Origin: a virus | Lineage: Duplodnaviria; Caudoviricetes | IMG/VR virus record: IMGVR_UViG_3300031519_000055 | Span: 1 to 43,314 of that record | DNA length: 43,314 nucleotides | Reading direction: 5' to 3' (one strand) | Shown here: positions 36,555 to 43,314 of the stretch, one piece after another | How the letters are laid out: each line of letters begins with the position of its first letter | Numbering within the stretch: position 1 is the first letter of the stretch | Made by a program: the position numbers and the translations under genes | The notes under the pieces: generated by a model | What the model saw: the letters and a program-made list of their open reading frames with translations, nothing else | What the model was told of the DNA's origin: nothing | Databases searched by the model: none

Positions 36555-37112
36555 ATGAACGCACTAATTTACACAGAAGACCAAAAACTAATAATCAGAA
36601 AACCAAATGGTTTACAATATGAATTTGAAAATACAGACCAACCTGAACTTGGGTTTGATTTTGATGTATTGATATATGATGATATTGAAGTAGTAATAGA
36701 AAAATGGGAAGAAAGTAAGTGTTTTGACGACCAAGTACAAAGGCCTATTACTGGAGCTGAAAAGGAAATTATAGAAAACTATATTTCAAATTCCGAACCT
36801 CCTATAGGAGTTACATTAAACAATCAATATGTATCAGACTTAATGAATCAACTTAAAGGTAACCTAGATGATTTTATGGGAAACTATGGGTTTGAAGATT
36901 TAACAGAGGTTACTTTTGCAGGTAGAGAGGGGTCTAATCACCCATATAGGTCTAATGCAAGAAGAGTAATGGAATTTACTGATTCCCAATATGTCATATA
37001 TGACCAGTTAGTAAATGAAATATTTGCAACTCGAGAAGACCATCTAAAACCTATAGAAGATTATATCAATCAACTTCCTATAGCAAGTCTATTGCCCGAC
37101 CACGAAAGATAA
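36555..37112 (+). CDS. Hypothetical protein (weak resemblance to tail-fibre assembly proteins)
   Basis: Start placed at ATG 36555 (MNALIYTED) rather than TTG 36537, which lies inside the promoter; acidic. Confidence 0.7.
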   Translation: MNALIYTEDQKLIIRKPNGLQYEFENTDQPELGFDFDVLIYDDIEVVIEKWEESKCFDDQVQRPITGAEKEIIENYISNSEPPIGVTLNNQYVSDLMNQLKGNLDDFMGNYGFEDLTEVTFAGREGSNHPYRSNARRVMEFTDSQYVIYDQLVNEIFATREDHLKPIEDYINQLPIASLLPDHER

Positions 37113-37115
37113 GTC

Positions 37116-37835
37116 ATGTATGATGACATAAAAGTCGTCCACATAGACGAACCTTTTAAAATTAAGGATTTACCACTTAAAGATGTATATGTCATAGATG
37201 ATTATCTATGTCCCGAATTACATCATCACTTTGACGACCAAATTGTAAGAGAAAATATATGGTCTAAAACAAATCAAGTAAGTAGTGGAAGTCCAACAGG
37301 TTTACCACATCATAGTTTTTGGGGTGCAACATATTACAGAGATGATATGAAGCCCGAAAAGGATATGAATAGTCTCCATACAATGTTTCCTTATTATCTT
37401 AATAGAAGACTACAAACAGAGTTTGGGTTTAAATGGGTAAGGTTTCAGTATATGGGATTGAACTCTCAAACACAAGGATTACAAGGAACTACTCATGCAG
37501 ATTGTCAAGATGAGGACTCTTGGAATCTTTCATTCTTATATTACACTAATAAGTTTTGGAACAAAGACTGGGGTGGAACATTAAGATTGTATAATGAAAT
37601 GCAACAAGGTTTAGACGGTAGACAGGAACATATAGACAATCACCAAATTGCAGAGGTTGAGTTTAAACCAAACAGATTAATAATTTTTGATGGAAGGATA
37701 CCACATGGTGCTGATGCACCGTCTCCTTCAGCACGATATATAGATAGACGGTCTCTTGTTTTGAGAGGCGATGAAGTAAGATTAGTAGAGGAAGAAGAGT
37801 TTTTTCATGCCAACGATAGAATTTCACACATATAA
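37116..37835 (+). CDS. 2OG-Fe(II) oxygenase, prolyl-hydroxylase-like
   Basis: HxD (THADC), WGGTL, PNRLIIFDGRIPHG, distal R in RRSLV. Confidence 0.85.
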   Translation: MYDDIKVVHIDEPFKIKDLPLKDVYVIDDYLCPELHHHFDDQIVRENIWSKTNQVSSGSPTGLPHHSFWGATYYRDDMKPEKDMNSLHTMFPYYLNRRLQTEFGFKWVRFQYMGLNSQTQGLQGTTHADCQDEDSWNLSFLYYTNKFWNKDWGGTLRLYNEMQQGLDGRQEHIDNHQIAEVEFKPNRLIIFDGRIPHGADAPSPSARYIDRRSLVLRGDEVRLVEEEEFFHANDRISHI

Positions 37836-38691
37836 TAAAGAAACACTAAGAGACTTTAAACCAGTCCTTGCAAGTTCTATTCAGCCTGATTGGTGGAAGA
37901 AAGCTAAAGTTGGTGAAATAGTCAGAGGAGTGGTACAACAAACTATTCGTTCATGTCCTGCAATGGATGACTGGTTAAAGAGTGGTTGGTATTTACTTGC
38001 AAATCGAGACATTGAAGTTATAAATGGGGTAAGTAAACATGATTCAGGAAGTTCTACTACTGCAACTCATGACCCACATAATAGTGCTTATAACTCTTCA
38101 AGTCATCCAATAACACAAACACTAGATGCATTTGAATACTTGGGTAGTGGTAAACCAGTTAAAGATGCATTTAAAATGAGAAACCCGTGGAACATTAAAA
38201 CTCCTCCAGGCTATTCCTGTTTTTATCTAGACCCATTTTTATTTCAAAACGATTACTTTGCAACATGGCAAGGTGTAATAGACACCGATACATTTAATGT
38301 AGGAATGGATAATGCACAAATTATATTTTACCCTAAAGTAGACCATTCGTTTGTAATACCAAAGGGTACACCTCTTTGTCAAATTATACCATATAAAAGA
38401 GAGACTTGGAATGCATCATATATTGTTAATGACCACGAATCTTGGATAAAGAATCGTGCAACTAAGACTTCTGAATTTGAAGATAAACCTACAAATAAGT
38501 CTATGCAAGAATGGTCTCAAATAAGTAATTTTGAAGACGAAAGTATTTCAGGATTTGGTGGGTATAGAAGAGGTAAATTTTGGAAACCAAAAGGTAGATT
38601 CTATAAAGAAGAAACACCACCACCCGAATGTCCTATGCATAAAGCAGAAGATGAAGGTAAAAAAGAAATACAATTGGAGTTAGATGTATAA
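37807..38691 (+). CDS. Conserved phage protein (DUF6065-like), often found next to 2OG oxygenases
   Basis: TIRSCPAM, NPWNIKTPPGYSC, GVIDTD, IPKGTPLCQIIPYKR. Confidence 0.6.
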   Translation: MPTIEFHTYNKETLRDFKPVLASSIQPDWWKKAKVGEIVRGVVQQTIRSCPAMDDWLKSGWYLLANRDIEVINGVSKHDSGSSTTATHDPHNSAYNSSSHPITQTLDAFEYLGSGKPVKDAFKMRNPWNIKTPPGYSCFYLDPFLFQNDYFATWQGVIDTDTFNVGMDNAQIIFYPKVDHSFVIPKGTPLCQIIPYKRETWNASYIVNDHESWIKNRATKTSEFEDKPTNKSMQEWSQISNFEDESISGFGGYRRGKFWKPKGRFYKEETPPPECPMHKAEDEGKKEIQLELDV

Positions 38692-39395
38692 TGGCAGTTA
38701 GATTATTATTCCCAACCTTCGTATTTGAGAAGGATTTGTTAGACCCAAGTTTAGACGAGACTCGTGGTATTGACCAAAATTATTTAAACCTTCTTGTAGA
38801 TACAATGGATGGTATGAGAAGGAAAGACCCCGAAGGTAGAAGACTATCTAATGCATACACTGGTTGGCAATCACATGACGGTTGTGAATCAAATCCTGCA
38901 TTTCAAAAACTAATGAATAGAATACAAACTATGTTTTATGATGAGATATGGCCATTTCATGGTTTAGACCGTAATACAGCACAAATGCAAATAGGCAACT
39001 GTTGGGCAAACATAAATGATAAACTTGCATGGAACAAACCACACTTACATAATGGTTGTTGGTATAGTGGTGTGTTTTATATAAAAGCAGATGGTGACGA
39101 AGGTCATATAGAAATGATTGATACACATCCTAAAGTTGTTTCAGATTTTCCCAATTCACAAAGGACTCCTACCAGCAAAGGATATGAACCTAGGGGTGGT
39201 AAACTAATTCTGTTCCCAAGTGGTCTCATGCACATGGTAGAACCAAATCCAACTGATAAAGAAAGATATTCAGTATCATTCAACATGGAAATGAAATACA
39301 CAAAACCCGAAGGACATACTGGTAATATAAATAATTACAATCCTGATGAATTTGTTTATAATGTATCTCCAAATGGGGCTCTTACAACCGACTAA
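38691..39395 (+). CDS. Putative 2OG-Fe(II) oxygenase, TIGR02466-like
   Basis: LFPT, WANIN, PHLH...SGVFY, LILFPSGLMHMVEPN, RYSVSFN. Confidence 0.82.
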   Translation: MAVRLLFPTFVFEKDLLDPSLDETRGIDQNYLNLLVDTMDGMRRKDPEGRRLSNAYTGWQSHDGCESNPAFQKLMNRIQTMFYDEIWPFHGLDRNTAQMQIGNCWANINDKLAWNKPHLHNGCWYSGVFYIKADGDEGHIEMIDTHPKVVSDFPNSQRTPTSKGYEPRGGKLILFPSGLMHMVEPNPTDKERYSVSFNMEMKYTKPEGHTGNINNYNPDEFVYNVSPNGALTTD

Positions 39396-39400
39396 CTATT

Positions 39401-39407
39401 CTAAATA
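39401..39407 (+). promoter_or_regulatory. Probable late promoter variant CTAAATA
   Basis: 5 nt before ATG 39413. Confidence 0.5.
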
Positions 39408-39412
39408 CCTAT

Positions 39413-39673
39413 ATGGAAATAGTAGTAGACACTGGACTTTTATGGAATCTTATGATAACATTCGTGTTAGCACCACTAGGTTTTTTAATTAGAAGTCTAT
39501 TATCAGAACAAAAAAGACTGGACATACTTGTTAACAAAACAAGAGAAGAGTTAGCCAAAGAATATGTAACTAGAGAACAGATAGAGATAGACTTTGAAAG
39601 AATAATGTCTACCATGACAAGAATTGACGAAAAGATAGACCGTCTACAATCTAAAACATACTTCCAAGAATAG
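39413..39673 (+). CDS. Small membrane-anchored coiled-coil protein
   Basis: N-terminal hydrophobic helix LLWNLMITFVLAPLGFLI followed by a heptad-like charged region. Confidence 0.7.
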   Translation: MEIVVDTGLLWNLMITFVLAPLGFLIRSLLSEQKRLDILVNKTREELAKEYVTREQIEIDFERIMSTMTRIDEKIDRLQSKTYFQE

Positions 39674-39685
39674 GTTCTAAATTCA

Positions 39686-39693
39686 TATAAATA
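39686..39693 (+). promoter_or_regulatory. T4-type late promoter TATAAATA
   Basis: Exact consensus upstream of gp13. Confidence 0.75.
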
Positions 39694-39724
39694 GTAGTAG
39701 ACGCAAATTTACTACAGGATTACT

Positions 39725-40540
39725 ATGGCAGAACCAACATCAAAAAGTACCTTAAAAGAATATATAAAAAGGAAACTTGGAGCTCCAGTGTTGGAGATTA
39801 ATGTTGATGATGACCAATTAGATGATAGAATTGATGAAGCACTACAGTACTTTCATGAATATCATTACAATGGTTCTATCAAAACTTATTTAAAACACCA
39901 AATCACTCAAGCAGAAATTGATTCATTTAAGACAAATGACACACTTACTGGTTCTACCAGTGGAACACAAGCAATTGCAGGCCAGTCCTATGGAGAGAGT
40001 AGAAGTTATATAACACTACCCGAACATGTATTAAGTGTATTACAAATATTTCCATTCAACTCGGGTCAAACTTCAAGTATGTTTGATATTCAGTATCAGT
40101 TAAGACTTAATGACTTGTGGGATTTAACATCTACAAGTGTTCTTTACTATTCACAAGTACAACAACATCTTAAACTATTAAATGATATGTTAGTTGGTCA
40201 GATACCAATAAGATACAACGCACACCAAAATAGATTATACATTGATTATACCACTGCAAAGTTGACTGCAGGTGAGTATATAATTATTGAATGCTACAGA
40301 AAGATAGACCCTACAGACTTTACAGATATCTATAATGATATGTGGTTGAAGAAATATTCAACTGCATTGGTTAAATATCAATGGGGTGAAAACCTATCTA
40401 AATTTCAGGGAATTGCACTGCCAGGTGGTGTGACACTTGATGCACAACAAATAAAAACAGAAGCACAAGAAGAGATATTAAGATTAGAAGAAGAGTCAAG
40501 ACTGAACTTTGAAATGCCAGTCATGGATTTAATGGGATAA
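39725..40540 (+). CDS. gp13: Neck protein gp13
   Basis: LGAPVLEINV, RIDEALQYF, WLKKY..ALVKYQWGENLSKF, LPGGVTL. Confidence 0.93.
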   Translation: MAEPTSKSTLKEYIKRKLGAPVLEINVDDDQLDDRIDEALQYFHEYHYNGSIKTYLKHQITQAEIDSFKTNDTLTGSTSGTQAIAGQSYGESRSYITLPEHVLSVLQIFPFNSGQTSSMFDIQYQLRLNDLWDLTSTSVLYYSQVQQHLKLLNDMLVGQIPIRYNAHQNRLYIDYTTAKLTAGEYIIIECYRKIDPTDFTDIYNDMWLKKYSTALVKYQWGENLSKFQGIALPGGVTLDAQQIKTEAQEEILRLEEESRLNFEMPVMDLMG

Positions 40541-40543
40541 ATT

Positions 40544-41398
40544 ATGCCTACAAACGTATTTTTTAACCATGCAGTTTCAACTGAACAACATCTTTATGAA
40601 GATTTAGTTGTTGAATCATTGAGAATGTATGGACATGAAACATTTTACCTACCAAGAGAAATTATAGAGGAAGACTCTATTCTTGGTGAAGACGTGCAAT
40701 CAACATTCGGTGATGCATATTCTGTAGAAATGTACATAGAAAATACTGATGGATTTGAAGGAGAGGGTGACCTCTTTAGTAAGTTTGGTGTCTCGGTTAG
40801 GGATACTGCAACTTTTATAATATCTTTAAGAAGTTGGGAAAGATTCATATCATTAGACTCAAATCTTGCAACATCACTAAGACCCAACGAAGGTGATTTA
40901 ATACACTTTCCGTTAAGTGGCTCTTTATTTGAAATTAAATTCGTAGAACATGAGAATCCATTCTATCAAGTGGGTAAACTATTCGTATTCAAATTACAAT
41001 GTGAATTGTTTGAATATAGTGGAGAAGATTTTGATACTGGAACAAACGCAGACTTAGTAGAACTAGACCAAGCATATCAAATAAAAATGACAATGTTTAA
41101 TTCAGGAAGTGGTACTTATAGTGTCAATGAGAATGTCACTAAAGGTGGAGTTGTTGTTGGAGAAGTTGTTCAATGGTCTCCACAAAATCATGTGTTGTCC
41201 ATTAAAGATAACACAATAACACTTGCAGATAATGATGTTATAGTTGGTGTTACTTCAGGTGCATCGTACACAATTTCATCTATCGAGGATGTATTAACAT
41301 TCGGTAATGATGGAAACGCACAAAACAAAGACTTTGAAGATAAAGCAGATAACTATCTAGACTTCTCGGAGACAAATCCATTTGGTGAGGTTACATAA
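40544..41398 (+). CDS. gp14: Neck protein gp14
   Basis: EQHLYEDLVVES, YLPRE, SKFG, RPNEGDLI, FEIKFVEHENPFYQ, ETNPFG. Confidence 0.93.
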   Translation: MPTNVFFNHAVSTEQHLYEDLVVESLRMYGHETFYLPREIIEEDSILGEDVQSTFGDAYSVEMYIENTDGFEGEGDLFSKFGVSVRDTATFIISLRSWERFISLDSNLATSLRPNEGDLIHFPLSGSLFEIKFVEHENPFYQVGKLFVFKLQCELFEYSGEDFDTGTNADLVELDQAYQIKMTMFNSGSGTYSVNENVTKGGVVVGEVVQWSPQNHVLSIKDNTITLADNDVIVGVTSGASYTISSIEDVLTFGNDGNAQNKDFEDKADNYLDFSETNPFGEVT

Positions 41399-42450
41399 TG
41401 TTTGGAACACATTTTTATAATGAAACCACAAAACGTGCAGTATCTATATTTGGCACTTTGTTCAATAATATAACAATTAAAAAGATAAAGGAAGATGGAA
41501 CTATATTAGCACAACAGAAAGTTCCTATATCATATGGGCCTAAACAGAAATTTTTACAGAGACTTGCTGAAGAACCAAATCTAAATGATAATAATAGAAC
41601 TGCAATATCATTGCCTCGTATTGCATTTGAAGTATCGAGTTTAGAATATGATTCAACAAGACAACAGAACAAACTTATAAGACATCAGAAGACTACGCTA
41701 GACACCGCTGATTCAACTAAAAGGTCTTATCAATACCAACCTGCACCTTGGAATATAGGATTCAATCTGAGTGTTCTGGCAAAAAATATGTCAGATGCAT
41801 TACAAATCGTAGAACAAATACTACCATATTTTCAACCCGAATATACAGTAACAATGAAAATGATTGATTCTATGACGGACTATAGAGATGTACCAGTCAT
41901 ACTAAATTCTGTTAGTATGGAGGACACCTATGAGGGTGATTTTACAGAAAGAAGAGTTATAGAATATTCCCTATCCTTTACAATGAAATTAAACTACTTC
42001 GGGCCTGTTTACAGTGGTAAGGTTATTAAAAATGTTATTGAAAGAGATTATATTAATACTGCAAGTGGTCTATTTACAACAAGTCAAATAGATAGTAGTG
42101 GATTGATTAAAGAGGTTAAACACTATGAACCTGCATTTGCAGAAACAACATCTACTGCAGTATCTAGTTCCACAACAATACCTTTTGCAACTGCAATAAA
42201 TAATAGTATAAGTGTGGGCGATGAAGTATTTGGAACAAATTTAGCAACAAATCCAACAGTTTCATCAATTGCAAGTGATAAATTATCAATGGTAGTTTCA
42301 TCTGCAGTAATACTAGACGCAACAACCAATCTGAAGTTTGTAGGTTCAGTAGACCCAGGCGATACGTTCGTTGTTGCAGAAACCGTGACTTTTTATGATG
42401 ATGGCGCTCCTTCAACATTTACAGAAGATAAAGTGACCGATGCAAGTTAA
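41398..42450 (+). CDS. gp15: Tail sheath stabiliser/terminator gp15
   Basis: FGTLFNNI, VPISYGPKQKFL, LPRIAFE, QIVEQILPYFQP, YEGDFTERR. Confidence 0.93.
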   Translation: MFGTHFYNETTKRAVSIFGTLFNNITIKKIKEDGTILAQQKVPISYGPKQKFLQRLAEEPNLNDNNRTAISLPRIAFEVSSLEYDSTRQQNKLIRHQKTTLDTADSTKRSYQYQPAPWNIGFNLSVLAKNMSDALQIVEQILPYFQPEYTVTMKMIDSMTDYRDVPVILNSVSMEDTYEGDFTERRVIEYSLSFTMKLNYFGPVYSGKVIKNVIERDYINTASGLFTTSQIDSSGLIKEVKHYEPAFAETTSTAVSSSTTIPFATAINNSISVGDEVFGTNLATNPTVSSIASDKLSMVVSSAVILDATTNLKFVGSVDPGDTFVVAETVTFYDDGAPSTFTEDKVTDAS

Positions 42451-42452
42451 TT

Positions 42453-42866
42453 ATGGCAAAAGATATAGATTCAAAATTAAATGATGTTCTTGACATTTCT
42501 TCCGAAATAAAGAAAGAAGCAACTCAAGTAATCAAAAGACCACCCCAGTCAGAGAATATTCAGACCGACTATAAGTACACTAGAGAAAATCTCTATGGTC
42601 TTGTGGAACGTGGACAGGATGCCATAGAAGGCATTCTAGACGTTTGTAAGGAGACGGAGAACCCTCGTGCATACGAAGTTGCAGGTCAGTTAATTAAGAC
42701 TGTAGGCGAGACTGCAGAGAAATTGTTAGATATTCAAACTAAATTAAAAAGGTTAGAAGATGAAAATGGGGGAGCTGTGAAAACACAACACAATCACCTA
42801 TATGTCGGGTCTACTTCAGAATTACAAAAGTTTCTAAAGAAAGAAAGTAAGAAAGATGACGGTTAA
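42453..42866 (+). CDS. gp16: Terminase small subunit gp16
   Basis: DYKYTRENLY, PRAYEVAGQLIK, LYVGSTSELQKFL. Confidence 0.92.
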   Translation: MAKDIDSKLNDVLDISSEIKKEATQVIKRPPQSENIQTDYKYTRENLYGLVERGQDAIEGILDVCKETENPRAYEVAGQLIKTVGETAEKLLDIQTKLKRLEDENGGAVKTQHNHLYVGSTSELQKFLKKESKKDDG

Positions 42867-43314
42867 TAGAAATGAAGGATATCTTGGTAATAATCTTATC
42901 AAGAGAGCTGGAATTGAAACTCAGTATGCAAAAAAGGAACTAGATGAATATCTAAAATGTTCTAAAGACCCTTGTCATTTTATTGAAACCTATACACAAA
43001 TTATTTCACTTGACGAAGGTATGGTACCCTTTAAACTTCGTGGGTATCAAGACAAGTTAATTAATCACTATAACGATTCTCGCTTTAGTGTGGTTCTCGC
43101 ATCACGTCAGAGTGGTAAGTCGATTACTTCTTGTGCGTATCTACTATGGTTTTTATTATTCCATCCCGAAGTTACTGTTGCAATTCTTGCTAACAAAGGT
43201 GCAATTTCAAGAGAGATGATTGCACGTCTTGTCACTATGTTAGAGAGTGTACCATTCTTTTTACAGCCTGGAGTTAAGATTCTTAACAAAGGTTCGATTG
43301 AGTTTGCAAATGAT
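42856..43314 (+). CDS. gp17: Terminase large subunit gp17, N-terminal part (truncated by window)
   Basis: Manual translation from ATG 42856: YLGNNLIK, KCSKDP..F, PFKLRGYQ, Walker A SRQSGKS, AILANK. Confidence 0.93.
   Translation, partial: MTVNRNEGYLGNNLIKRAGIETQYAKKELDEYLKCSKDPCHFIETYTQIISLDEGMVPFKLRGYQDKLINHYNDSRFSVVLASRQSGKSITSCAYLLWFLLFHPEVTVAILANKGAISREMIARLVTMLESVPFFLQPGVKILNKGSIEFAND

Noticed and set aside
39413-39673. Holin call
   Set aside because: A single TM helix plus coiled coil is compatible with a holin but not diagnostic, and there is no adjacent endolysin; left as hypothetical.
1-43314. tRNA, rRNA, intron or intein
   Set aside because: Intergenic gaps are short with no cloverleaf. 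No intein splice motifs or interrupted core genes were noticed in the visible portions.

Overview
This window is an AT-rich segment of a T4-like myovirus genome. Its gene order resembles that of marine cyanophage/pelagiphage-type T4-likes; the host cannot be determined from the sequence. It carries the late structural module: a partial HAD hydrolase and gp4 on the minus strand, then gp48, gp53, a hub protein, gp5, gp25, gp6, gp7, gp8, a 2217-aa VrlC-like protein, a long fibre/accessory region, a cluster of putative modifying enzymes (glycosyltransferase, 2OG-Fe(II) oxygenases), gp13-gp16 and the start of gp17. T4-type late promoters (TATAAATA) punctuate it. The main novelty is in the fibre region: two pairs of Pro/Tyr/Gln/Arg-rich repeat proteins (22897-24141 with 24155-25063, and 32193-33668 with 33987-34919). 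In each pair the second protein's repeat array is a mirror image of the first. In the second pair all 31 Pro-delimited units match in length in reverse order (290 aa each) and follow a consistent motif-to-motif pairing code. This suggests an antiparallel, sequence-complementary two-chain protein zipper forming a stalk. Both outgoing chains end in a near-identical (~96% DNA) tip domain, and the modifying enzymes are encoded directly downstream. Other observations: a 5' leader with three AGUGA-loop hairpins, a palindrome overlapping a late promoter, probable leaderless transcripts and apparent GATC avoidance. All gene calls are from motif recognition and synteny; no database searches were run.
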